Source: Candidatus Elarobacter sp. (GTDB lineage: Bacteria; Vulcanimicrobiota; Vulcanimicrobiia; Vulcanimicrobiales; Vulcanimicrobiaceae). Taken from it: a stretch of DNA of 64,000 bases. Shown one piece after another: positions 17,407 through 26,926 of this stretch. Every line of letters starts with the position of its first letter. Within the stretch, counting starts at the first letter, position 1. Below the pieces are notes generated by a model. The model ran no database searches. It worked only from the letters and a program-made list of their open reading frames with translations, and had not been told where the DNA came from. Location: the NCBI GenBank assembly GCA_035939295.1, contig DASZGA010000005.1, positions 1,791 through 65,790 on the forward strand. The letters are read 5' to 3'. Made by a program: the position numbers and the translations under genes.

Positions 17407-20339
17407 ACGCACCCGGCCGTCAGCGCGTCGCGCTCGTCGCACCGTTCTTCGGCCGCGAGCTGCGCGGCCGCAAGGAACGGTTCGCGTTCGCGTACGCGAC
17501 GCATCTCGCGCTCGAGGGCGTCGCGGTCGAAGTCCTCACGACCACCACCACCCCCGACGCGCCGGACGGAAACTACTTCGTCGCCGGCGCCGACCACACC
17601 GAACCGTTTCCCGTGCACCGCTTTCGCATCAGCGCGCCGGATCGCGTCGCGTACGCGGAGGCGCTGCTCGCGGTGAGGCGCGGCGGCGCTGCGGTCGCGG
17701 AGAGCGCGCAGGCGCTGCTCGACGAGCGCGTGCGCAGCCCCGAGCTGCTCGCGCACGTGCGCGCTTCGGCCGACAACTACGACGTCTTCCTGTTCGTCGA
17801 CGTCACCGCGCCGACGACGGTGCACGCAGTGGGTGCCGTCGCCGAACGCGCGTTGCTGCTCCCGCTGCTCGACGACGAGCCCGCGGCGCGGCTCCCGGCC
17901 GTCGCCGCCGCCGTCGCGCGGGTGCGCATGATCCTGTGCACGACCGAGGCGGAGGCGATGCTCGTCGCCGAGCTCTACGGTCCCGCGGCGCGCGCGCGCA
18001 CGCGCATCATCGGGCTGGGGGTCGACGTCGTGCCGCGCCAGGACCTGCACGCCGACCGCGTCAACCGCTTCACGCGCGGGCGGCCGTACGTGCTCGTCGC
18101 CGGCGACGATCTCGCCGCGGCGGCACGAATGCGCGAGAGCGGCACCGAGATCGTCGCGCTGGCGGACGTCGACGAGCGCGACCGGGCCGCGTTCTTCGCG
18201 TACGCGCGCGCCGTCGCGGTCAGCGGCGCCGGCTGGGGTTTCGTTCCCGAGGTCGTCGAGGCGTGGGCGTACGGCAAGCCGGTGCTCACGGGAGACGATG
18301 CGCCCGGCGCGGCCGGGCTCGTGCGCGAAACGGGCGGCGGGATCGTGGTCGCGCGCGACGGCTGGGCCGACGCGCTGCGCGCGCTCCCGGGCGACGACGA
18401 GCTCGCGACGCTGGCGCGCGCCGGCGCGGCGTACGCCGGCACGCGCGGCGGCTGGCGCCGCGTCGCGCTGCGCACCTCGGAGGCGATCGACGGGCTGGCC
18501 GCGCTCGACGAAGGCCGCACGCGCGACGCGCTGCTCGCGCAGGTCGCCTATCTCTATCCGCTGGTGCAGCGGCAGCGCCGCACGATCGAAGCGATGCGGG
18601 TCAGCCGTTTCTGGCGTTTGCGCGACGCGTGGTTCGCGGCGAAGCGCCGGTTCGGGATCGGGCCGGTCGAAGATCCGGTGCAGGTCGCGGACCGCGACGC
18701 GCGCGCCGTCGAGCTCGCCGCGCTGGGCGATCCGTACCAGCTGTTCTACCAGCACCATCGTTTGCGAGGCGAGGACGTCGAGCGCATGCGCGCGATGGCG
18801 CGCTTCCTGCCGCAGACGGTGTCGTTCGGTCTGGTGATCGATGCGCGGGGAACGAGTGCGGACGGCGTCGACACCGCGCTGCGCTCGCTGCGCGAGCAGG
18901 TGTACGAGCACTGGTCGGCGCGGGTGCTGGTCGACGCGCCGCCGGGGAACGCCGGCGTTGCCGCGCTTCAAACGCTCGCTGCCGGCGATCCCCGCATCGC
19001 GATCGTGCCGCCCGGCGGCGAACGCTTCGGCGATGCGGATGTGGTCGGCCCGCTCGAGCCGCACGATCGGCTGGAGCCGCACGCGCTGTTCGAGCTCGCG
19101 CTCGCGCTGCAGGACGGTGCCGACGTCGCGTACTCGGACGAAGACCGCATCGACGAGCGCGGCATCCCGCACGATCCGTGGTTCAAGCCCGATTGGTCGC
19201 CGGAGACGCTGCTGACGCGCGACTACGTCGGCCGGATCTGCGTGATGCGCCGCGCGCTGCTCGAGCGCGTGGGCGGCGTGCGCGACGTGTTCGAGAGCGC
19301 GAAGTGGTACGACGCGCTGCTGCGCGTCACCGAGAGCACCGATCGCGTGGTGCACGTGGCGCAGGTGCTGTGCCACCGCGACGCGCGCAACGCCGTGCGC
19401 AAGAACGACCTCGCGCTCGCGGTCGAGGTCGCGCTGCGGCGGCGCGGCGAGACGGCGCGCGTGCTCGAGGCGGAGTCGGGCGTCGACGTCCGCTACGCCG
19501 TGCCGGGCGACGAGCGCGTGTGCGTGATCATCCCGACGCGCGACCGCGCCGACCTGCTCGGCCCCTGCATCGCCTCGGTGTTCGAGCGCACCGCCTACCG
19601 CAACTTCGAGATGATCGTCGTCGACAACGGCAGCCGTGCGGCGGCGACCGAGGAGCTGCTGGCGAGCTGGCAGCGCCGCGAGCCGGAGCGCTTCCGCGTC
19701 CTCCGCGACGCCGCGCCGTTCAACTACTCGCGGCTCAACAACGAGGCCGTGAAGATCACCAGCGCGCCGTTCGTGCTGCTGCTGAACAACGACACCGAAG
19801 TCATCGAGCCGGACTGGATGGAAGCGATGCTCGCGCAGGCGCGGCGCCCGCAGATCGGCGCGGTCGGCGCGCTGCTGGTGTACGGCGACGGTACGGTGCA
19901 GCACGGCGGCGTCGTGCTCGGCATCCTCGGGCTTGCGGGGCACGCGCACCGCTATCTCCCCGCCAACACGCCGGGCTATCACGGCGCCCTCGAGCTCGAT
20001 ACGAACTATCTCGCGGTCACCGGCGCGTGCCTGATGGTCGCGCGGCGTAAATACGATCAGGCCGGGGGGCTCGACGAGGCGATGGCCGTCTCGTACAACG
20101 ACGTCGACTTGTGCCTGAAGCTGCACCGGTCGGGGTATCGCAACGTGCTGGTGCCGCGCGCGCGCCTCTATCACTACGAGTCGAAGAGCCGCGGCGGCGA
20201 CGACACGCCGGCGAAGGTGGCGCGCGCGATGGAAGAGGTCGGGACGATTCGCAAGCGCTGGCCCGAGCGCGCCGCGCGCGACCCGTACTACAACCCGAAC
20301 CTCACCGCCGACGCCGAGGACTTCGGTCTGCGCTTGTGA
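17403..20339 (+). CDS. Multi-domain glycosyltransferase: GT4-like + coiled-coil/amphipathic linker + tandem GT2 domains
   Basis: GTG 17403 coupled to the upstream stop; N-terminal GT-B features (VEVLTT, EAWAYGKPVL, GLVRETGGG); YSDEDRID..PWFKPDWSPE; C-terminal GT2 VIIPTRDR, VDNGS, FNYSRLNN, LNNDTEV, QHGGV, AVTGACL, NDVDLCLKL, HYESKSRG. Confidence 0.85.
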   Translation: MNAPGRQRVALVAPFFGRELRGRKERFAFAYATHLALEGVAVEVLTTTTTPDAPDGNYFVAGADHTEPFPVHRFRISAPDRVAYAEALLAVRRGGAAVAESAQALLDERVRSPELLAHVRASADNYDVFLFVDVTAPTTVHAVGAVAERALLLPLLDDEPAARLPAVAAAVARVRMILCTTEAEAMLVAELYGPAARARTRIIGLGVDVVPRQDLHADRVNRFTRGRPYVLVAGDDLAAAARMRESGTEIVALADVDERDRAAFFAYARAVAVSGAGWGFVPEVVEAWAYGKPVLTGDDAPGAAGLVRETGGGIVVARDGWADALRALPGDDELATLARAGAAYAGTRGGWRRVALRTSEAIDGLAALDEGRTRDALLAQVAYLYPLVQRQRRTIEAMRVSRFWRLRDAWFAAKRRFGIGPVEDPVQVADRDARAVELAALGDPYQLFYQHHRLRGEDVERMRAMARFLPQTVSFGLVIDARGTSADGVDTALRSLREQVYEHWSARVLVDAPPGNAGVAALQTLAAGDPRIAIVPPGGERFGDADVVGPLEPHDRLEPHALFELALALQDGADVAYSDEDRIDERGIPHDPWFKPDWSPETLLTRDYVGRICVMRRALLERVGGVRDVFESAKWYDALLRVTESTDRVVHVAQVLCHRDARNAVRKNDLALAVEVALRRRGETARVLEAESGVDVRYAVPGDERVCVIIPTRDRADLLGPCIASVFERTAYRNFEMIVVDNGSRAAATEELLASWQRREPERFRVLRDAAPFNYSRLNNEAVKITSAPFVLLLNNDTEVIEPDWMEAMLAQARRPQIGAVGALLVYGDGTVQHGGVVLGILGLAGHAHRYLPANTPGYHGALELDTNYLAVTGACLMVARRKYDQAGGLDEAMAVSYNDVDLCLKLHRSGYRNVLVPRARLYHYESKSRGGDDTPAKVARAMEEVGTIRKRWPERAARDPYYNPNLTADAEDFGLRL

Positions 20340-20397
20340 CCGGCTCGCCCGTCGTTCGCGAGGAGCCGATGACGCGCCGGCGAGAACGTCACGTCCG

Positions 20398-21765
20398 ATG
20401 AGACGTCTGGCCATCATCGGGTCGGGATATGTCGGGCTGGTAACCGGAGCGTGCTTTTCCGAGCTCGGCAACACGGTGGTCTGCGCCGACAACGATCCGC
20501 GCAAGATCGCGCTGCTCGAGGCGGGTGAGATGCCGTTCTTCGAGCCCTCGCTCGGCGAGCTGGTCGCGCGCAACGTGCACGCCGGCCGCCTCGCCTTCAC
20601 CACCGACACCGCGCGCGCGGTCGCCGAGAGCGAGATCATCTTCATCGCGGTCGGGACACCGATGCGCGCCGACGGCCACGCCGACCTCTCGAACGTGCGC
20701 ACCGTCGCGCGCGATATCGGGCTTGCGCTCAACGGGCCGAAGATCGTCGTTTCGAAGTCGACCGTTCCGGTCGAGACCGGCGAGCTCGTCTCGTCGATCA
20801 TCCGCGAGCACGCGCGCGCCGACCATGCGGTTCGCGTCGTCAGCAACCCCGAGTTCTTGCGCGAGGGCTCGGCGGTCGCCGACTTTCTCAAGCCCGACCG
20901 CGTCGTCGTCGGAACCGGCGATCCCGAGGCCGAGGCCGTCCTGCGCGATCTGTACGCGCCGCTCGACGCGCCGATCGTCGTCACCGACGTGCGCACCGCC
21001 GAGATGATCAAGTACGCCGCGAACGCGTTCCTGGCGACGAAGATCTCGTTCATCAACGAGATCGCGAACATCTGCGAGCTGCTGGGCGTCGACGTGCGCG
21101 CGGTCTGCCGCGGGATCGGCTACGACCAGCGGATCGGGACGAAGTTCCTCAACCCGGGGATCGGCTACGGCGGATCGTGCTTCCCCAAAGACGTGCGCGC
21201 GCTCGAGCGGCTCGCCGCCGAGCACGACTATCCGGCGCCGCTCTTGCACGCGGTCGAGCTGGTGAACCGCCGCCAGGTCGAGCGGACGAGCGCGAAGCTC
21301 GAGCGCGAGCTCGGCGGCCTGCAGGGGCGCGTGGTCGCGGTGCTCGGCCTCGCTTTCAAACCGAACACCGACGACATTCGCGACGCGCCGGCGCTGGCGA
21401 TCATCCAGCGGCTGCTCGAGCGCGGCGCCGTCGTTCGCGCCCACGATCCGATCGCGAACAAAGCCGCGCTCGCGGCGCTGGGGGACGGCGTCGCGTTCTG
21501 CAACGACATGTACGCGACGGCCGAGGGCGCCGACGCGTTGCTGCTCGCCACCGAGTGGAACGAGTACCGCATGCTGGATTTCGAGCGCTGCGCCGCCGTG
21601 ATGCGCGGCGCGCTCGTCGTCGACGGGCGCAACATCTTCGATCCCGCGAAAGTCCGCGCCGCGGGGCTGCGCTACCTCGGCGTCGGGCGGGTGACGCTCG
21701 CGCGGCCGAGCCCCGCCGCGACGGCCGGCGAGAACGAGATCAGACCGTCGCCGACGCGGACCTGA
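20398..21765 (+). CDS. ugd: UDP-glucose 6-dehydrogenase
   Basis: IIGSGYVGL, FIAVGTP, KSTVPV, NPEFLREG, AEMIKYAANAFLATKISFINE, GYGGSCFPKD, LGLAFKPNTDDIR, DGRN. Confidence 0.95.
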   Translation: MRRLAIIGSGYVGLVTGACFSELGNTVVCADNDPRKIALLEAGEMPFFEPSLGELVARNVHAGRLAFTTDTARAVAESEIIFIAVGTPMRADGHADLSNVRTVARDIGLALNGPKIVVSKSTVPVETGELVSSIIREHARADHAVRVVSNPEFLREGSAVADFLKPDRVVVGTGDPEAEAVLRDLYAPLDAPIVVTDVRTAEMIKYAANAFLATKISFINEIANICELLGVDVRAVCRGIGYDQRIGTKFLNPGIGYGGSCFPKDVRALERLAAEHDYPAPLLHAVELVNRRQVERTSAKLERELGGLQGRVVAVLGLAFKPNTDDIRDAPALAIIQRLLERGAVVRAHDPIANKAALAALGDGVAFCNDMYATAEGADALLLATEWNEYRMLDFERCAAVMRGALVVDGRNIFDPAKVRAAGLRYLGVGRVTLARPSPAATAGENEIRPSPTRT

Positions 21766-22708
21766 AAAACTCGAGGGTGCGGCGCAGCCCTTCGTCGAGC
21801 GCGACGGCGGGTTCCCATTCGAGCAGCTCGTGCGCGAGCGTGATGTCGGGGCGGCGGCGGACCGGATCGTCGGCGGGGCGCGCCCGCGACACCGTCTCGA
21901 GCGGAACCCCGGCGATGCGCGCGACGGTCTGCGCAAGCTCGCGGATGGTGTGCTCCGCCGTGCCGCCGACGTTGAGCACGCGGCCGGCGAGCCCCGGACG
22001 CGTAGCGAAGCGCATCAGCCCGTCGATCAGATCGTCGACGTAGCAGAAGCTGCGCGTCTGCGAGCCGTCGCCGAACACGGTCAGCGGTTCGCCGCGCAGC
22101 GCGGCGATGCAGAAGCTCGGGATCACGCGCCCGTCGCCGGCCTGCATCCGCGGCCCGTAGGTGTTGAAGATCCGCACGACGCGCGCGTCGATCCCGAGCT
22201 TGCGGACGGCGGTCGTCACGTACGCCTCGCCGTAGCGCTTCGACTCGTCGTAGCACGAGCGCGGGCCGACCGGGTTGACGTTCCCCCAGTACGCCTCGCG
22301 CTGCGGGTGCTCGAGCGGGTCGCCGTAGCTCTCGCTGGTCGAGGCGTAGAGCAGCACCGAGCCGTGCGCGCGCGCGAACGCCACCGCGTGCATCGTCCCG
22401 ACGGCGTTCACCGCCATCGTCTCGAGCGCGAGCCGCTCGTAGTGCACCGGGCTCGCCGGGGAAGCGAAATGAAGGATGAGATCCGGATGCCGCAGTCCGG
22501 CGCCGAGCGTCGCGGCCCACGCTTCCCACCGCAGCGCGACGTCGGCTTCCACGAAGTGAAAGCTCGCGCTCGCGCGTGCCGGCTCGAGATTGTGCGCGTC
22601 GCCGGTGGCGAAGTTGTCGATCCCGACGACCGTCCAGCCTTCGCGAAGCAGGCGGTCACAGAGATGCGAGCCGACGAACCCAGCCGCTCCGGTCACGTAC
22701 GCTAACAC
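21740..22708 (-). CDS. UDP-glucuronate decarboxylase (UDP-xylose synthase)-like SDR
   Basis: TGAAGFVGSHLCDRL, HFASPASP, ASTSESYGDP, YWGNVNPVGPRSCYDESKR, RIFNTYGPRM, GDGSQTRSFCYVDDL, DDP.RRRPDI. Confidence 0.9.
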   Translation of the reverse strand: MLAYVTGAAGFVGSHLCDRLLREGWTVVGIDNFATGDAHNLEPARASASFHFVEADVALRWEAWAATLGAGLRHPDLILHFASPASPVHYERLALETMAVNAVGTMHAVAFARAHGSVLLYASTSESYGDPLEHPQREAYWGNVNPVGPRSCYDESKRYGEAYVTTAVRKLGIDARVVRIFNTYGPRMQAGDGRVIPSFCIAALRGEPLTVFGDGSQTRSFCYVDDLIDGLMRFATRPGLAGRVLNVGGTAEHTIRELAQTVARIAGVPLETVSRARPADDPVRRRPDITLAHELLEWEPAVALDEGLRRTLEFFRSASATV

Positions 22709-22815
22709 CGGCGCGCGCGTTCGTCTCGCCGTACCCGCGGGCCTGTTGTTACGGCTGGGCGGTGCGCTCGCCGTCCGACGGAACTCCGGCGCCCACCTCA
22801 GAATGGACGCGCGAC

Positions 22816-24108
22816 ATGCGTGCTTCGCCTTTGGCGCGGGTTCCGGCGATCCTCGCGGCGGTCGGAATCCTTCCGCTGGTCGCGATCGTGCTCAAGCGCG
22901 CGGTCGACGTTCCGTACTGGGACGAGTGGGAGTGGGCCGAGCTGGCGTATGCCGCGCACCGCCACACGCTCACCTTCACGCGGCTGTGGCAGCCGCACAA
23001 CGAGCACCGCATCCTGGTCCCGAATCTCCTTATGCTCGGCCTGGACAAGCTGGGCGGCTGGAGCCCGGTGCGGGAACAGCTGCTCTCGCTCGCGCTGCTC
23101 GCGCTCACGCAGCTCGGCATCTGGGTGCTGATCCGCCGCACGGTCCCGGCGGCGGCGCGCGGCGCGTGCTTCTTGGCTGCGAGCGTGCTCCTGCTCGGGC
23201 TCGCTCAGTGGGAGAACCTCGCCTGGGGCTTTCAGATGGCCTGGTTCCTGTGCGACCTCGCCGTGGTCGCCGTCGTCATGTGGCTGACGCGGCCGCGCGC
23301 ATCCGCGCGCGACGTGATCCTGGCGGCCCTCGCCGCGACCGTTGCTAGCCTGAGCTCATCGCAGGGGCTGCTGGCCTGGCCGGTCGGCCTGCTCGCGATC
23401 GCGCTGATTCCGCGAGCGCGGCTGCCCCGCGCGCTGGCGTGGTGCCTCGCAGGCGCCGCAGTGGTCGCGTTCGTGCGCTCCGGCGCGCCGGCCGATTCGG
23501 CCGGGCATCTCGGCTTCCGCCACCCGGCGGTGCTGGCCGAATACGTGCTGGCGTACCTGGGCTCGCCGCTCGCGCTCTCGTTCGGGCCCGCGGCCTCGAT
23601 GCTTGCGGGCGCGGTGCTGCTGGCGTGGCTCGGCGCGCTCGCCGTCTATGCCGCGTGCGGGCCGCTCGCCCGCCGCGTGCGGCTCGCCCCTTGGCTCGCG
23701 CTCGCGGCGTACCCGATCCTCTCGGCCGTCGCGACGGCGAGCGCGCGCGGCGCGTTCGGCGTCGCGCAGGCGACCGCGTCCCGCTACACCTCGCTGAGCG
23801 CGCTGGCTTGGATCGCCGCGCTGGCGGCGACGTGCGCGGTCGTGCCGCGGAGCGCGCGCGTCTCGGCGCTTCAAGGGGCACTCGTCGTCGTCGTGCTGGC
23901 AGCCGCGATCGGGCTCGGATCGGTCAAGCAGAGCCTCGCGGCGAACTACGCGTGGCGCCTGCACGCCGCCGACCTGCGCGCGGCGCGCGCCGCGATCGGC
24001 GCCGGCGATCCGGCCGGCCTAGCGCGCGTCTTTCCCGAGCCGGCGCTCGCGATCGAGTGGCTGGCCGAGCTGGCTCAGGTCCGCGACGGCGTCTTTCGCG
24101 AACGCTGA
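22816..24108 (+). CDS. Multi-TM membrane protein, probable GT-C-fold glycosyltransferase
   Basis: ATG 22816; first loop DVPYWDEWE then HNEHRILVP; about 11 TM helices; late ARGAFG..ASRY motif. Confidence 0.55.
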   Translation: MRASPLARVPAILAAVGILPLVAIVLKRAVDVPYWDEWEWAELAYAAHRHTLTFTRLWQPHNEHRILVPNLLMLGLDKLGGWSPVREQLLSLALLALTQLGIWVLIRRTVPAAARGACFLAASVLLLGLAQWENLAWGFQMAWFLCDLAVVAVVMWLTRPRASARDVILAALAATVASLSSSQGLLAWPVGLLAIALIPRARLPRALAWCLAGAAVVAFVRSGAPADSAGHLGFRHPAVLAEYVLAYLGSPLALSFGPAASMLAGAVLLAWLGALAVYAACGPLARRVRLAPWLALAAYPILSAVATASARGAFGVAQATASRYTSLSALAWIAALAATCAVVPRSARVSALQGALVVVVLAAAIGLGSVKQSLAANYAWRLHAADLRAARAAIGAGDPAGLARVFPEPALAIEWLAELAQVRDGVFRER

Positions 24109-24127
24109 GCGCGAACGGGAACCCCGC

Positions 24128-24664
24128 TCAGTTCGGCGCGACGGTGAAGCGGACGGTCGGGGTCATCGCCTGGCGCCCGTGCGCGCCGGTGACGGCGAGC
24201 TCGAGGGTGTGGGTACCGGGTGCGAGAGCCCCGGTCGGGACGACGGCGGCGTAACCGGAGTCGGCCGAGCCGGTCAGTCCTTTGGTGACCGCGACGTCGG
24301 GGCGCGGCAGGTGGTACTGCGCCGGTTGCCACGGACCGCGGTCGATGCGGTAGTCGACCCCCGCGGCCGTGCGCCGCTGGGCGGGGTCGAGCGCCCAGCC
24401 CGCGATCGCCAGCCGCTCGCCGGCGTGGATCGGCGGGAGCTGCGCAGGGTAGCCGAGATGCTGCGGCCCGGCGTCGATCGCGTCGATCTGCCAGGAGATC
24501 AGGTAGACCGGCTGCCGGCCGAGGCTCGTCTTTGCCAGCGCGATCCAGCGCGAGGCGTCCGCCACGGGGAGCGGCGCCGGCCGCAGCGAGACCGCCGCGC
24601 CGGCGCAGATCAGCACGCAGGCGGCCAGCACGCCGGTGACGGCACGGTCGAAACGATCACGCAC
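24128..24664 (-). CDS. Membrane-anchored protein with one Ig-like GW..RPDV..G(F/Y)..GxH domain
   Basis: N-terminal hydrophobic anchor; IAGWALDP..YHLPRPDVA..SGYAAVV..LAPGTHTL matches the three repeats of 32517-33707. Confidence 0.65.
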   Translation of the reverse strand: MRDRFDRAVTGVLAACVLICAGAAVSLRPAPLPVADASRWIALAKTSLGRQPVYLISWQIDAIDAGPQHLGYPAQLPPIHAGERLAIAGWALDPAQRRTAAGVDYRIDRGPWQPAQYHLPRPDVAVTKGLTGSADSGYAAVVPTGALAPGTHTLELAVTGAHGRQAMTPTVRFTVAPN

Positions 24665-24720
24665 GTGCTGCGGCTACGTGGAGGCGCCGGGCCCTTCCCC
24701 CGCGCATAGCCCTCCCTCGC

Positions 24721-25797
24721 ATGGCAGCCTACACCGCGATCCTGATCGCCGGAGGAGCCGGCTTCGTCGGCTCGAGCTTGGCGCTGCGCCTGCGCACCCG
24801 GTATCCGGAAGCGCGGATCGTCGTTGCCGACAGCCTCAAGCGCCGCGGCTCGGAGTGGAACCTCCCGCGGCTGGCCGAGGCCGGGGTCGAGTTCGTCCAC
24901 GCCGACATCCGCCGGCCGGACGACTTGGCCTTCGCGAACGTCCGCTTCGGCCTGGTGGTCGACTGCTCGGCGGAGCCCTCGGTTCTCGCGGCCTACCAGG
25001 CGGGTCCCGCGTACGTCGTCGACACCAACTTGACCGGGACCGTCAACGTGCTGGAGGTCGCCCGCCGCGACGGCGCGGACGTGGTCTTCCTCTCGACCAG
25101 CAGGGTGTACCCGGTGGCTTCGCTCGAGGCGATTCTGGTCGAGGAGCGGGAGACGCGCTTTGCCCTCGCCGCCGAGCAGACGCTGCCGGGGGTCGGCCCC
25201 GCCGGCGTGACCGAAGACTTTCCGCTCGAGGGCGCGCGCTCGCTCTACGGCGCGACGAAGCTCGCCTGCGAGCTGGTGCTGACCGAGTACGCCGATATGT
25301 ACGGTCTGCGGACCGTCGTCGACCGCTGCGGCGTGATCACCGGCCCGTGGCAGATGGGGAAGGCCGACCAAGGCGTTTTCGCGCTGTGGATGGGGAAGCA
25401 CTATTTCAAGCAGCCGCTCGCGTACATCGGATACGGCGGGGCGGGGAAGCAAGTTCGCGACGTCGTCGCCGTCGACGAGCTGTGCGATCTCGTGCTGCGC
25501 CAGCTCGATGCGATCGAAACGCTGCCGCGGCGCGTCTACAACGTCGGCGGCGGTTTGGCTTCGAGCCTGTCGCTGGCCGAGACGACCGCGCTGTGCGAGG
25601 AGATCACCGGCAACCGGGTGGAGATTGCGCGCGTTGCCGAGAACCGTCCCTCCGACGTCCGCCTCTACGTCACCGACAACGCTCGCGTGACCGCGGACAC
25701 GGGCTGGTCCCCGCGCAAGACGCCGCGCGAGACGCTCGGCGAGATCTTCGACTGGATCCGCCGGAACGAACGTCTCGTCAAACCGCTCTGGTCCTGA
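24721..25797 (+). CDS. NAD-dependent epimerase, CDP-paratose/tyvelose 2-epimerase (RfbE)-like
   Basis: GGAGFVGS, DCSAEPSV, LSTSRVY, SLYGATK, RCGVITGPWQMG..DQG, GKQVRD. Confidence 0.8.
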   Translation: MAAYTAILIAGGAGFVGSSLALRLRTRYPEARIVVADSLKRRGSEWNLPRLAEAGVEFVHADIRRPDDLAFANVRFGLVVDCSAEPSVLAAYQAGPAYVVDTNLTGTVNVLEVARRDGADVVFLSTSRVYPVASLEAILVEERETRFALAAEQTLPGVGPAGVTEDFPLEGARSLYGATKLACELVLTEYADMYGLRTVVDRCGVITGPWQMGKADQGVFALWMGKHYFKQPLAYIGYGGAGKQVRDVVAVDELCDLVLRQLDAIETLPRRVYNVGGGLASSLSLAETTALCEEITGNRVEIARVAENRPSDVRLYVTDNARVTADTGWSPRKTPRETLGEIFDWIRRNERLVKPLWS

Positions 25798-25830
25798 CTC
25801 ACCGCCGCCGAAGGAGCCCGATCCGAACCC

Positions 25831-26922
25831 ATGTCCGTCGTTCTCGTCACTGGCTCGGCCGGGCTCATCGGATCGGAATCGGTCGCGTACTTCGCGGAAC
25901 GCGGGCACGAGATCGTCGGGATCGACAACGACTTCCGGCGCCGGTTCTTCGGCGAGGACGCGTCGACGGAGTGGAACCGGCTTTCGCTCGAGGCGCGCTT
26001 TCCGAAGCAGTACACGCACTGCGGCGCCGACGTCCGCGACACCGCCGCGATGGACGAGCTGTTCGGGCGCTACGGCAGACGCATCGCGCTCGTGATTCAC
26101 GCCGCCGCGCAGCCTTCGCACGACTGGGCGGCGAGCGACCCGCACACCGACTTCACCGTCAACGCGAACGGAACGCTCGCGGTGCTGGAGGCGGCGCGCA
26201 AGCACTGTCCGCAGGCGGTGTTCATCTTCACCTCGACCAACAAGGTGTACGGCGACGTCCCCAACGAGCTGCCGCTGGTCGAGCACGAGCAGCGCTGGGA
26301 GATCGCCGCCGGTCACCCGCTGTGGAACGGGATCGGCGAGACGATGCGCATCGACCGCTCGACCCATTCGGTGTTCGGCGCCTCGAAGGTCGCCGCCGAC
26401 GTGCTCGTTCAGGAGTACGGCCGCTACTTCTCGATGCCGACCGCCGTCTTTCGCGGCGGCTGTCTCACCGGCCCGAACCACTCGGGGACGAAGCTGCACG
26501 GCTTCCTCGCCTACCTGATGCGGTGCACGGTCACGGGTGAGCCCTACACCGTCTTCGGCTACAAGGGAAAACAGGTTCGCGACAACATCCACAGCTTCGA
26601 CCTGGTCACCGCGTTCGATCACGTCTTTCGCGCGCCGCGCTGCGGCGAGGTCTACAACGCGGGCGGCACGCGCTTCAGCAACTGCTCGATGCTCGAAGCG
26701 ATCGAGCTGTGCGAAGAGATCGCAGCGCGCAAGCTGGACTGGCGATACACCGAGACCAACCGCGTCGGGGACCACATTTGGTACATCAGCGACATGGCGA
26801 AGTTCAAGTCGCACTACCCGGGCTGGGAGCAGCGCTACGACCTGCGCAGCCTGATGCAGGAGATGTACGACAAGAACGCCGAGCGCTGGCGAGCCGAGCG
26901 CGACGAGCGCGCCCAGGTGTAG
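25831..26922 (+). CDS. NAD-dependent epimerase-like protein (RfbE-like paralog; YxxxK Tyr replaced by Phe)
   Basis: [68 protein letters not shown]. Confidence 0.8.
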   Translation: MSVVLVTGSAGLIGSESVAYFAERGHEIVGIDNDFRRRFFGEDASTEWNRLSLEARFPKQYTHCGADVRDTAAMDELFGRYGRRIALVIHAAAQPSHDWAASDPHTDFTVNANGTLAVLEAARKHCPQAVFIFTSTNKVYGDVPNELPLVEHEQRWEIAAGHPLWNGIGETMRIDRSTHSVFGASKVAADVLVQEYGRYFSMPTAVFRGGCLTGPNHSGTKLHGFLAYLMRCTVTGEPYTVFGYKGKQVRDNIHSFDLVTAFDHVFRAPRCGEVYNAGGTRFSNCSMLEAIELCEEIAARKLDWRYTETNRVGDHIWYISDMAKFKSHYPGWEQRYDLRSLMQEMYDKNAERWRAERDERAQV

Positions 26923-26926
26923 CGGG

